This document shows positions 30,601 to 39,518 of a DNA stretch of 64,000 nucleotides, piece by piece. Positions within the stretch are counted from its first letter, which is position 1, and each line of letters begins with the position of its first letter. A program made the position numbers and the translations under genes. Origin of the DNA: Acetivibrionales bacterium (GTDB taxonomy: Bacteria; Bacillota; Clostridia; Acetivibrionales; DTU013); contig JBMNKL010000002.1 of assembly GCA_050952225.1 (NCBI GenBank), positions 210,484-274,483 of the forward strand. Reading direction: 5' to 3'. The notes under the pieces were generated by a model. That model worked only from the letters and a program-made list of their open reading frames with translations. It had not been told where the DNA came from and ran no database searches.

Positions 30601-32379
30601 ATCATCCGGTGCCTGAAGGCTATGTATGGCTTCCATTTCCCATTCCCAGCAGCCTGTTTTCATATTATACTTTATAATATTGTCATCATATACGGATTTC
30701 AGTAACCGGCAAAGAAAGAAAGGAATGCCGCACACTTTCCGGTATAATATCCTGGCAAGACCGTCCGCCTTTTCCCTGGAACAATGCAGGGTTTCAGCGA
30801 TAAATCCCGTTGTTTCCATGCGCGTAAACCGGTCAAGGTAAATTTGCCTCACTGTTGTTCCATCGCTCTTTATCCTTTCAAGAGTTACCGATAACGGGTG
30901 TTTCTCCGTAACCTCATTATCCCGGTAAGCTCCGACAATAAGCAGGCAACTGGACCCGGCATCCCTGCACAGGTGCCTGATAAGCTGCAAGGATGACAAG
31001 TCCGCCCACTGCAGGTCGTCCAGGAATATTACAAGCGGGTGGTCCTTTCCGGCAAGTGCCTTGATAAAATTCCCGAATACCATGAGAAAGCGGTTCTGGG
31101 CTTCTATAGGCTGAAGTGTTTCAACAGGCGGTTGACGGCCAATAATCATTTCCAGTTCCGGAATCAGTTCTGCAACGACGGCAACGCTTTGGCCCAAAGC
31201 CCGCCGGATTTTTTTCCTCCATGCTTCCAGTTTTTCACGGCTTTCGGTCATAAGCTGCCTTATCACGCTTCCCATTGCTGCGGCAAAAGGCGCATAAGGT
31301 ATGTTTTGACGCAATTGGTCAAATTTCCCGTATGCAAAGTATCCTTTTTTCGATGCAATCGGTTTCAGCACCTCGTTTACCAGCATCGTCTTCCCCGTAC
31401 CGGCATATCCGCTTACCAGGATGAACTCGGGCTCATTTCCGCATATGCGGCTAAAAGCAGCCTTCAGCGCTTCTGCTTCCGCTTTCCTCCCGAAAAGCCC
31501 GGAAGGCAGTTCCAGGCGGGGAGAAACATCCATCTTCCCCGGAGAAAACGGTTTTATTTCTCCTGTCAGGCCCAGTTGCCTCCTGCATTCTTCCAGGTCG
31601 CAGACAAGGCCGTATGCGCACTGGTATCCTTCATTGAGATTTGGGGAAACCAATTTCATAATAATGGAGTATATGGCTTCAGGCACTGACGGCCCGGTCC
31701 CGCTCCGCCCGGCATCGGTGACGGCCTGCCGGATTTGGGTGAAATCTTCGGATTTGGACAAAGGCCTGGCAAAAAGCATCTCATAAAATACCTCACCAAG
31801 GGAGTAATAATCAATACGATAGTCGGCGCCTTCGGCCTGTCCGGGCAATTGCGCCGGGACATATTCAGGGTTCTCCGGTATTGAACCGGGTATTATTGAA
31901 TTTATGCTCCCGGAAGAAAAGACAACTGCCTTGCTGAAACCGGTTATTTTTACTTTCCCTGTTCCGTCATGGAAAAGTATGTTTTCCGGCTTCAGGTCCA
32001 TATGTATTATGCCGTTTTGATGAAGTTCGCCAACAATACTTGCCAGTTGGATCGCTATATCAAGAAAATCGGTAATATTTATAGGGCCATTCTCCATATG
32101 CTCCCTCAGGGGTATCGACCCGGTATCTTCCATGACCAGTGCGAATGAACCGCTTGCCTTTTCCAGCCTTAGAGGCTTGACAATACCCTCTGTTTTAAGA
32201 CCCCCGGTAATTTCACATTCGTTTATAAACCCCGATATCCCGGCCTGGTTTGCAGCCGATTCTTGCAGGACCTTGATAATAACCGGCATATTCCCTTTAG
32301 CCGAATGACCCCTGTAAATTACCGTCTCGTTATCTTCATGTATTTTTTCATGAATAATGTAACCAGACAGAATGAACAT
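27682..32379 (-). CDS. Multidomain regulator: Ser/Thr kinase-like, AAA (STAND-like) ATPase, TPR-like region, GAF, LuxR HTH
   Basis: HMDLKPENI; Walker A GYAGTGKT; Walker B VIFLDDLQWAD; GAF SMACIPL..VGVLYLE; LuxR LTGKELEVLRLIAAGLLNREIAERLGMTLNTVKTHVRNIYSKL. Confidence 0.88.
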   Translation of the reverse strand: MFILSGYIIHEKIHEDNETVIYRGHSAKGNMPVIIKVLQESAANQAGISGFINECEITGGLKTEGIVKPLRLEKASGSFALVMEDTGSIPLREHMENGPINITDFLDIAIQLASIVGELHQNGIIHMDLKPENILFHDGTGKVKITGFSKAVVFSSGSINSIIPGSIPENPEYVPAQLPGQAEGADYRIDYYSLGEVFYEMLFARPLSKSEDFTQIRQAVTDAGRSGTGPSVPEAIYSIIMKLVSPNLNEGYQCAYGLVCDLEECRRQLGLTGEIKPFSPGKMDVSPRLELPSGLFGRKAEAEALKAAFSRICGNEPEFILVSGYAGTGKTMLVNEVLKPIASKKGYFAYGKFDQLRQNIPYAPFAAAMGSVIRQLMTESREKLEAWRKKIRRALGQSVAVVAELIPELEMIIGRQPPVETLQPIEAQNRFLMVFGNFIKALAGKDHPLVIFLDDLQWADLSSLQLIRHLCRDAGSSCLLIVGAYRDNEVTEKHPLSVTLERIKSDGTTVRQIYLDRFTRMETTGFIAETLHCSREKADGLARILYRKVCGIPFFLCRLLKSVYDDNIIKYNMKTGCWEWEMEAIHSLQAPDDVEGLVFQIMQKLPEETRDIIKLASCIGNAFELKTLSFLCSKEQDEVVNVLKPAIAEELVLPVPHERNEFPELYHGAVSDAYEFLHDMVRQAAYSLLTEEERKNVHVKAGRLILQNLNHNEIDVKILSILDHINRGLDLVKDRAERLKLAEYNLAAGRKAKGSAAFGPALSYFRAGIELLPDDSWKSCYQLCADLYMERAQCEYLAGDTAQAEQLFDMVIRRMETELERADVYTLMMELYAGTGEYAKAVQIGLNTLKNLGMNMPENPGRLDNAAELILYKWLMRNKSNADLLNIPEMKGPVQRKVAQLLIALILASSTNRPDIYSLAIIKAGNHAVKYGNTDIASIGYLGYGIIEGSVLGNYAAGYKLGKTAMILAEEYGRNLSRCIVYFTMGSLISHWTRHWQEGIQYMHMAAKYAIEAGNMLIIGYSYGVILENKCLMGVCLGEVLDEARKYRNYARRMKHENLAVNAAAYERLASILTDRTKCFIPTSDTGLDEGSIIKSNSGDKASLAAYYFSEILLCYMFGYYHDALSAVERVKGCEDTIIGFMLAAEYNFYHSLSITAVYTESPAKKRKMLRKTLKNNQRKMKKWADSCPANFLHKYLLVEAEMARISGRKRAAEELYDKAVRASHENGYVHIEALACELAAKHYAVDKRKKIERTYIHDAVQLFRKWGAEAKACDLERRYGILTDEAAFDGENNKYDSSEILKCVLQSSARSDTATGNSFDIRTIQEAVWDISEQSCPEELPANFLELAVKSAGASKGCLVLENDDELFVEAICDCKNGKYKAIRHVPLEKSDGISKRAIRYAARTHEQVVINNAGQAGIFAKDPHIASSKAKSMACIPLQLRGVPVGVLYLESNVLTGIFTEERIELLKFLASQMIYAKAMQVFLEHHGNETSEEASLYQVDSLTGKELEVLRLIAAGLLNREIAERLGMTLNTVKTHVRNIYSKLQVNRRVQAVAKAKELGIL

Positions 32380-32592
32380 TACGTTTCTCCCAAGCTTCCT
32401 TGCCTTTCCCTGCGGTTTCCGGCTCTTTCTCTCTCTTGGCCGAACCGCCGCCGCCGGCTTGTCCGGTTTTATTTACGGGCAAACCCGGGCGATATCCTAT
32501 ATATACATACTAATTATTATACATGTCCATACGTATGTCAACTTACTGCGAAATATTAGCAAGTATCGCCCGCCCGCAGTTGTATGCCCCGC

Positions 32593-33513
32593 TTACCTTT
32601 TAAACGTCTTCAAAAGCCGCAGGAAATGGTTTGCTTCACGCAGTACATGGTCGCCCAGCAACGGAATAATAATCGACCTTATCTTGCACTCAAGCAACCC
32701 TTGTGTGCCCTGTGCCTTGAAATCGCGTATCGCTTGCGTCGCTTTAAGGCTTTCGCCGGTGACCTTTGCCAGCGGCAGTGTCATATCCATGGCAGCCTTG
32801 GCCTCACTTGTAAGCTTGTCAAACTCGTTTCCAAAATCATTAGCTTTGCTAATCAACTCATTTTCCGTCGGATCAAGCAAACCCCTGATAAATTTTGCAT
32901 GCTCGGCCATGATCCTGTTCCAGAAGGTTTCCTGCTCGTAGGCTTCTTTCTCGATGTTGAAATCCTCCCTGTTCTGAATCCTGCGGATTGTCTGCAGGTA
33001 TAATTTCGCTTCTCTTAAAATATGGTCGATCAGCAGCGGATAATTAAACGTAAACATCTTGCAGGTTAAAACATTTGACAGAATTGTGGTTTTGAAATTG
33101 ATCAAACCGGCAACCAGGCCCATTGCTTTCTGATTCAGCATGAACACCCTCTGTTCCAGCATAGGGCTGACCGCTATCATTCCTCCGCCTGACAGCCCGG
33201 CTTCCGCCTGGGTCAGTTCGGTAGGTATCCGGACACCTGTTAAAAACGAAGTAGCCATCTCCGCGTTAAGCGTATACGGCGTTATTACTTCTCCTGACTG
33301 CAATACCACGGGACTGGCAATGCCATTGGCAAGTGACACGGTTTCTCCCAGCAGCCCGTCAAAGGCCATCCTGAAAGCATCCGCCTGTTGGACGAAATTG
33401 GTGTCCCTTGGCGTAAATCCCGCTTCAAGAAAGAACGAGTGCTCTTTCATGATTCTCCCGAAAAAAAGGTGCAAGTCAATCGACCTGCGGACAAAATCCA
33501 TGCTTGACAACAT
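32593..33513 (-). CDS. DUF2935 domain protein
   Basis: Repeated FF/FW.RIM.EH..FI and PLL.DH.LREA motifs. Confidence 0.82.
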   Translation of the reverse strand: MLSSMDFVRRSIDLHLFFGRIMKEHSFFLEAGFTPRDTNFVQQADAFRMAFDGLLGETVSLANGIASPVVLQSGEVITPYTLNAEMATSFLTGVRIPTELTQAEAGLSGGGMIAVSPMLEQRVFMLNQKAMGLVAGLINFKTTILSNVLTCKMFTFNYPLLIDHILREAKLYLQTIRRIQNREDFNIEKEAYEQETFWNRIMAEHAKFIRGLLDPTENELISKANDFGNEFDKLTSEAKAAMDMTLPLAKVTGESLKATQAIRDFKAQGTQGLLECKIRSIIIPLLGDHVLREANHFLRLLKTFKR

Positions 33514-33607
33514 AGCTTATCACCCCGAAATATCATCTGCTATGTTGTTAATTTATGCCTATTCAACATAAAATGTTAACGCTGTTTATGGTTTTTCCGC
33601 GCCGAAG

Positions 33608-34624
33608 TTATACTACATAGATTATCGGAATGCCGTTTAGTTTGCGGGAAAGCTGCTCTCTTAAAAACTCCTCGCCGGCGGCACGTACATTATCCCGGTA
33701 GCAATATTTGCCCCTGCCACGCCCCGTCATCAAGGATTTGTCATATAATTCCACGGCATTGGGAAATGCTTCCCTGTTTATTGCACAATGCACGTAGCTG
33801 TAAGTCATAAATATTATCTCAATAAACAACTGTTCCTTGGTTTTTCGGGAAAGCTCGTCGGACAGACGGTCAATCAACCGCGCATAAAGCTCCATCCAGT
33901 TTTCCACCATCACAATGGGAGCAATCAACATCCCCACCCTGTATCCTGCATCGCACATGCGGTTAAGCGCCTTCAGCCTTGCTCCCAGTGATGCTGTTCC
34001 AAGCTCTATTTTCCTGATGATTTCCTCCGGGTTTACGCTCATGCGCATTATGATTCTTCCGCCGTGATCGAGTGAAAGAAGCGGTTCCACCATGCTGAAC
34101 TTCGTCGGAAACGTAAGAAATCCTTTCCTGGTTTTCCCAAACCGTTCGATTGTCCATTCCAGGTTTCCCGTAATCGTATTTTCCAGGACCAGGTCGCTAT
34201 TGCTGCCGATTTCAAATACAATATCCTTTTCAGAACGGCCGGCGGTTTTCACCAGCTTCTCCATCATCTGCTCGCGGTTTACAAACAACCTGAGATAAGA
34301 GCATTTGTTATAGTTGCATACCAGGTAGCAGTAAAGGCACATGGCACTGCAGCCGGATGAAGTGTACGGCACCAGGTAGTCCGATACCTTGTGGTTGGGC
34401 GTATATTTTAAGGACTTCCTCACGCCGATGACGAGAAAGCGTTTCATCCTGGCAAACTCCGTGTTGGGGTTTTTACGCAGTTGTTCTATATTGTTGTGGT
34501 TTTCAACAGGCACCCACGGTACATTTTCAAACTTTTCTCTCAGCTGTCTTCCAAGCTCATAGTCAAGAGCGGCAGGTTCGTAATATATTCTGTCCGGGTG
34601 CAAATGCCCGCCTCCTTTGTCCAT
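33608..34624 (-). CDS. Spore photoproduct lyase-family radical SAM protein
   Basis: CSAMCLYC (CxxxCxxC), FEIGSNSDL, RMSVNP, GRGKYCY. True start may be the TTG at 34603. Confidence 0.85.
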   Translation of the reverse strand: MDKGGGHLHPDRIYYEPAALDYELGRQLREKFENVPWVPVENHNNIEQLRKNPNTEFARMKRFLVIGVRKSLKYTPNHKVSDYLVPYTSSGCSAMCLYCYLVCNYNKCSYLRLFVNREQMMEKLVKTAGRSEKDIVFEIGSNSDLVLENTITGNLEWTIERFGKTRKGFLTFPTKFSMVEPLLSLDHGGRIIMRMSVNPEEIIRKIELGTASLGARLKALNRMCDAGYRVGMLIAPIVMVENWMELYARLIDRLSDELSRKTKEQLFIEIIFMTYSYVHCAINREAFPNAVELYDKSLMTGRGRGKYCYRDNVRAAGEEFLREQLSRKLNGIPIIYVV

Positions 34625-34816
34625 CTCCTTGGTATTAACATTTCGCGGAATCAGCTAATATATGCATTTGAAAACATTGAAAAATGGGTGTGCAGCTAAA
34701 AAAACATGGCTTTAGGCATTATAATACCTCCTTTAAGACTAAAGGAGTTGTTTGCTCGAAAGCCAAACAACTCCTTAAACAACAACTAGACGAACAATTT
34801 TCATTGTTCAATTATT

Positions 34817-34845
34817 ATTATATATAAGAAAAGTAATAAAGTAAA
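34817..34845 (-). promoter_or_regulatory. Sigma-A-like promoter driving a structured leader
   Basis: TTTACT, 17 bp spacer, TATAAT on the minus strand. Confidence 0.55.
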
Positions 34846-34871
34846 CACATATCTATATTTATTTCTTAATT

Positions 34872-36089
34872 CGTAGATTGCAAGTTTAATTGCCTTACAT
34901 TTTTTAGCAGAACCTTGTTTTAAGCAACCATCACCTTAGCCATCATGTTTGCAGTTTGATAACCAAATATTCTTCCAGGGTAATTATTCATCCAGCGCTC
35001 TATCCTTTGTATTTCTCTATGTGTGAGCTTACCTATGTCTGTCCCTTTTGGAATAAATCGTCGAATAAGTTTATTGGCATTTTCATTCGAACCACGCTCC
35101 CATGAACTGTAAGGATGAGCATAATACAGCTTGAATCTTTTCTTATCAGGGTCAAGGGCAGATGTCTCCAACACTATACTGTCTAAAAATTCGGGGCCAT
35201 TATCTACTGTAATCGTTTTAAAATGCTTCGAAAACTTCTTGCCATACTTCCGTTCCAGCTTATCTAGTTCTCTCTTCACCGAATCCTGGGTCCTATCAGG
35301 CATTTTGCGAATTATCTCCCGTCTCGTACTTCGTTCCGTCAGCACTAACAAGCTCGCCCCCTTTTCTCCTCCTTTACTAACTATACAATCCATTTCCCAA
35401 TGCCCATATTCTTCCCGATCTTCTATATGCGCCGGCCGTTCCTCTATACTTGTTCCCCTTAAGTTTTTCTTAGCTATTCTGACTTTGCGATATTCCCTCT
35501 TCTTCTTATTACGCTTTATTGGCAGGTCTTTGTTGCTTATATTGGCAAATATCCCTTTGTCAATGTAGTTGTATAACGTTTTTGTGCAGATCATTGTTTC
35601 AAATTTTAATCCCTTGGCCTTTATTTCTCCTATCACTGCGTCCGGTGAATACTTGTCCTCGATTATCTTTTTTTCTATGTGATTTGCTAATTTATGATCG
35701 TGGCCAATTTTAAGACCCGCTCCTTTATTTGATCCCGCCTCCTCATATCTTCGTTGACCTACATCAGCACAATATTTCACAACATACGTCAGATCGCTGT
35801 TCATAAGCCTCACGCTCCCACGAGCTATTTCCCGCTCGATAGTGCGTCTATTCCTGCCCAATATTAAGGCTATCTCCTTTGGTTTCTTCCCATCCCTTAT
35901 TAATATTTCGATTTGATACCTTTCTCTCTCATTTAGGTGTTTAAAGCTTCTTTGCTTCGTGGTATTATTAAGTTGACTCATTTCGGACCCTCCTATGTTT
36001 TTGGTTCGGTCACTTAAAACATTATCAGAGGTTCCGACTTGAGTCACTATTTTTTCTTCAGTTTGGGCAATTAATTTTACAACTTACCC
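34872..36089 (-). mobile_element. IS30-family insertion sequence
   Basis: Imperfect terminal IRs cgtagattgcaagtttaattgcc (34872-34894) and ggcaattaattttacaacttacc (36066-36088), 17/23 identical; flanked by the direct repeat tttatttcttaatt. Confidence 0.9.
34920..35981 (-). CDS. IS30-family transposase
   Basis: HTH (HLNERERYQIE...TIEREIARG); DDE motifs GHWEMD, TITVDNGPEF, WERGSNENAN. Confidence 0.93.
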   Translation of the reverse strand: MSQLNNTTKQRSFKHLNERERYQIEILIRDGKKPKEIALILGRNRRTIEREIARGSVRLMNSDLTYVVKYCADVGQRRYEEAGSNKGAGLKIGHDHKLANHIEKKIIEDKYSPDAVIGEIKAKGLKFETMICTKTLYNYIDKGIFANISNKDLPIKRNKKKREYRKVRIAKKNLRGTSIEERPAHIEDREEYGHWEMDCIVSKGGEKGASLLVLTERSTRREIIRKMPDRTQDSVKRELDKLERKYGKKFSKHFKTITVDNGPEFLDSIVLETSALDPDKKRFKLYYAHPYSSWERGSNENANKLIRRFIPKGTDIGKLTHREIQRIERWMNNYPGRIFGYQTANMMAKVMVA

Positions 36090-36175
36090 TTTATTTCTTA
36101 ATTTATAATTACATTTTTACCTCAGGTTGCATAAAATGATTGCTTTTATACACATCCTCATGCAAACCGCACATT

Positions 36176-37096
36176 TCATTCCGGCCTGCCGGAATCTTGC
36201 CATAAATTCCGTTTACCTTTCAAGTATTTGATAGGCTTAAGCTCGGAAACCACCATGCCTGCCAGTATCAGCACGCATCCTATGGACTTCGTAAGCGTTG
36301 GTATCTCCGTCATGCCGTAGATATCCGGAATAATCATGGCAAATACTAATGCGAATACAGGCTCGGCGGTAAAAATCAGCGCAGCATGAACCGGCGTCGT
36401 ATATTTCTGCGCAATCGTCTGCCCGCTAAAAGCCAGCGCGGTCCCAAGGACAGCGGTCACCAGGAGAACTGCGATTACAGTACCGTTAATTGTTACCGGC
36501 TTGCCCGCATCAAAAAGCACCCACAAACACAAGCCTGCCACCCCGACAAACAGCACCTGTATGAGCGCCAGCAGCCGGGCATCTGTCATCCGGGCAAACT
36601 TATCGATGAAAATGATTTGAAAAGCCCAGCAAACCGCTGAAATAAATGTCAGAAAATCACCTGTATTGAAGTTGAAATCAAGTCCGCCGGAAAAGAAAAA
36701 AAGCCCGGTAAATGCGATAATGATGCCGGTAAAAGATGCCTTGTCCGGTTTCTTTTTCAGCATAATGGCCGCTATCAACGGCACCATGAGCACATTGAGC
36801 CCGGTAATGAATGCGGAATTGGAAGCCGTTGTCGTATACAGCCCTACAACCTGCAGCGCAGTGCCCGCAAACATACACAAACCGATTATGCTCCCATATT
36901 TTAAAACTTGCTTGTCTATTCTTCTCAATTCTTTATAAAAAATAACGGACATTACTGCGGCAGCCAGAAAATAGCGCATTGTAATATAGGCGTATGCAGG
37001 GACGTACTCCAATACATTTTTCATCAACGGGAATGATGCTCCCCAGACAACCGTAATCGCCAACAACGCCAAATCTGCTTTTGTCTTCTTTGACAT
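36176..37096 (-). CDS. DMT/EamA-family transporter
   Basis: About ten TM segments; VWGASF, YTTTASNSAFIT, GDFLT, IFTAEPVFA. Confidence 0.88.
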   Translation of the reverse strand: MSKKTKADLALLAITVVWGASFPLMKNVLEYVPAYAYITMRYFLAAAVMSVIFYKELRRIDKQVLKYGSIIGLCMFAGTALQVVGLYTTTASNSAFITGLNVLMVPLIAAIMLKKKPDKASFTGIIIAFTGLFFFSGGLDFNFNTGDFLTFISAVCWAFQIIFIDKFARMTDARLLALIQVLFVGVAGLCLWVLFDAGKPVTINGTVIAVLLVTAVLGTALAFSGQTIAQKYTTPVHAALIFTAEPVFALVFAMIIPDIYGMTEIPTLTKSIGCVLILAGMVVSELKPIKYLKGKRNLWQDSGRPE

Positions 37097-37100
37097 TTTA

Positions 37101-37862
37101 TCAAAGTACCTTCTGCAGGAATGCTCTTGTTCTTTCGTTTTTCGGGTTTGTAAAAATATCTTCCGGCTTGCCTTCTTCCTTGATTTCCCCGTTATCCATA
37201 AATATGACGCGGTCGCCTACTTCACGGGCAAAGCCCATCTCATGCGTGACAACCAGCATGGTCATCCCTTCTCTGGCCAAATCCTTCATAACTTCCAGCA
37301 CTTCACCGACAAGCTCGGGGTCAAGCGCCGATGTTGGTTCATCAAAGAGCATGATTTTCGGCTTCATGGCAAGGGCCCTGGCAATTGCGACCCTTTGCTG
37401 CTGTCCGCCGGAAAGCCTTGACGGGTATTCATCCTTTTTATCTTCCAGCCCCACCTTTTCCAGCAGTCTTAAAGCTTCAGCCTTAGCCTCTTCCTTCGGG
37501 ATTTTTTTAACCGTAACAGGTGCTTCCATAATATTCTCAAGCACCGTCATGTGCGGGAAAAGGTTGAACCTCTGGAAAACCATGCCCAGTTCGGCGCACA
37601 AGCCGGAAACCTTTTTCTGCGACAATTTGTCCTGGCTTTTCCCCTCTTCTCTTTCATCTATGATTTCATCTTCAATATAAATCCGCCCGCTTGTTATCCT
37701 CTCGAGCTGGTTAAGACACCTGAGCAGCGTGCTTTTCCCGGACCCGCTCGGCCCGATGATGCACACAACCTCACCTTTGCCGACCTCTAGATTGATATTC
37801 TTCAAAACCTGGAGGTTACCGAATGACTTGCATACGTTCTCAGCCTTGACCATCAACATCAT
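37101..37862 (-). CDS. Polar amino acid ABC transporter ATP-binding protein (GlnQ-like)
   Basis: [45 protein letters not shown]. Confidence 0.92.
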   Translation of the reverse strand: MMLMVKAENVCKSFGNLQVLKNINLEVGKGEVVCIIGPSGSGKSTLLRCLNQLERITSGRIYIEDEIIDEREEGKSQDKLSQKKVSGLCAELGMVFQRFNLFPHMTVLENIMEAPVTVKKIPKEEAKAEALRLLEKVGLEDKKDEYPSRLSGGQQQRVAIARALAMKPKIMLFDEPTSALDPELVGEVLEVMKDLAREGMTMLVVTHEMGFAREVGDRVIFMDNGEIKEEGKPEDIFTNPKNERTRAFLQKVL

Positions 37863-37877
37863 CCAACACCCCCCTGA

Positions 37878-38531
37878 TCATTCATACACAGAGAATTTCT
37901 TCTCGAGTTTTTCAAAAATAAATGTAAACAACGTCGTCAACGACAGGTATAATATGGCTGACGGTATGTAAATCAGCGGGCTCGCCTGCTGGCTTTCTAT
38001 TTCATGCGTTACCCTCATCAGGTCCTGCATTGCTACAGCCGATACCAGCGACGTGTCCTTTATCATCATGATAAATTCATTGCCGACCGGCGGTATCAGC
38101 CGCCTGTATGATTGCGGAATAATAATCCGCCGCATTGCCTGACCATATGTCATGCCAAGCGCTTTTGCCGCTTCCAGCTGCCCCTTGTCTATGGACTGTA
38201 TTGCCGCCCTTATGATTTCGGCGAGATATGCCGCCGAATTAAGGCTGAACGCGATATACGAAGCAAGGGTGGCATTCAGGCCTTTCAAGGGCGGGTTAAA
38301 AAGAAGCGGGAAAGCATAATATATAAAGAATAATTGCATCAGTAAAGGCGTGCCCCTGAAAAACCAAATATATATCCAGCATGCCTTGTTTATCGCCTTA
38401 TTCCTGGACAACCGGCCCAGCGCAAGCAACAAGCCCAGCAACAACCCGAAAACCACTGCAACAACGGTCAACTGTATAGTTATTGCCGTCCCCTTAAGCA
38501 GCCTTGGTATAAAAAGCGTTATATTAGCCAT
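37878..38531 (-). CDS. Polar amino acid ABC transporter permease
   Basis: FRGTPLLMQL, AYLAEIIRAAIQSIDKGQLEAA, IKDTSLVS. Confidence 0.92.
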   Translation of the reverse strand: MANITLFIPRLLKGTAITIQLTVVAVVFGLLLGLLLALGRLSRNKAINKACWIYIWFFRGTPLLMQLFFIYYAFPLLFNPPLKGLNATLASYIAFSLNSAAYLAEIIRAAIQSIDKGQLEAAKALGMTYGQAMRRIIIPQSYRRLIPPVGNEFIMMIKDTSLVSAVAMQDLMRVTHEIESQQASPLIYIPSAILYLSLTTLFTFIFEKLEKKFSVYE

Positions 38532-38604
38532 TTAATTCTAGTACCCCCAACTATAAGCAGGCTGCAGTACCATACGCGGTATCTGCAGCCTTGCTTCATT
38601 CTTA

Positions 38605-39402
38605 TTATTTAATGTTCTTCGTCATATCGTCCTTGAACCACTTCTCGGAGATTGATTTCAGAGTACCGTCATCCAGCATTTCTTTCAAAACCCTATCCAC
38701 TTCATCGCATAATTCCTGGTTTTTCTTGTCGAAACCAATACCAATCGGCTCATCCGGAAGCGTAGTTTCGACCAGCTTGAAGCTTTCGACATCATTCGCA
38801 ACAAAATACTTGCCGACGACAATATCCGACACCACTGCGTCGACCCTGCCTATTTTCAATTCGTTAAGCGCCTGGGTCATACCTTCATATTTCTTAAATT
38901 CTTTAAACGGGGTAGTCTTCATAAACTCATTACACGACTCCTCCGCCGTAGTGCCCATCTGGACCGCGACTATCTTGTTTCCCAGGTCTTTTTCCGAATT
39001 GATGTCGGTATTCCCTATTCCCACGATAATAACCTGGTTATTGGCAATATACGGGCGAGTGTAAGCTATGGTTTTCATTCTCTCCTCCGTAATACTCAAA
39101 GACGAGATAATGCAATCGTATTTCCCCGAGCTGAGGCCTGTAAATATGGCCGACCATGCCGTCGGTACAAATTCGATTTCCCTGTTGAGCCTCTTTCCGA
39201 CCTCTTTGGCTACATCGATATCGTATCCTACAAGGTTGCCCTTTTCGTCCCTGTATTCCATCGGTGGATATGTATCATCGACTCCTACGCGGAGTACATC
39301 CGCCCCGGTGCTCCCGCCCGGCTTGGCGCTCTTTCCGCATGCTCCCAGAACAAGCGACATGATAATAATCAATGATAAAAATAAAAACCCTCTTTTTGAC
39401 AT
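38605..39402 (-). CDS. Polar amino acid ABC transporter substrate-binding lipoprotein
   Basis: LGAC lipobox; YPPMEY, GYDID, SITEER motifs (family 3). Confidence 0.9.
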   Translation of the reverse strand: MSKRGFLFLSLIIIMSLVLGACGKSAKPGGSTGADVLRVGVDDTYPPMEYRDEKGNLVGYDIDVAKEVGKRLNREIEFVPTAWSAIFTGLSSGKYDCIISSLSITEERMKTIAYTRPYIANNQVIIVGIGNTDINSEKDLGNKIVAVQMGTTAEESCNEFMKTTPFKEFKKYEGMTQALNELKIGRVDAVVSDIVVGKYFVANDVESFKLVETTLPDEPIGIGFDKKNQELCDEVDRVLKEMLDDGTLKSISEKWFKDDMTKNIK

Positions 39403-39518
39403 TTTGGCTTCCTCCTAAAGCTTTCTGTTCAGTAAAACAACATAATTATATTATCGTAAATTCTTCTGGTTTACAATAATTAAAAATGCTTCTTCCATTT
39501 ATTCAATTTGGAAAATAC

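Noticed and set aside
34782-34810. gaacaat..attgttc as a LexA box
   Set aside because: Spacing is GAAC-N10-GTTC, not the N4 of the Firmicute SOS box.
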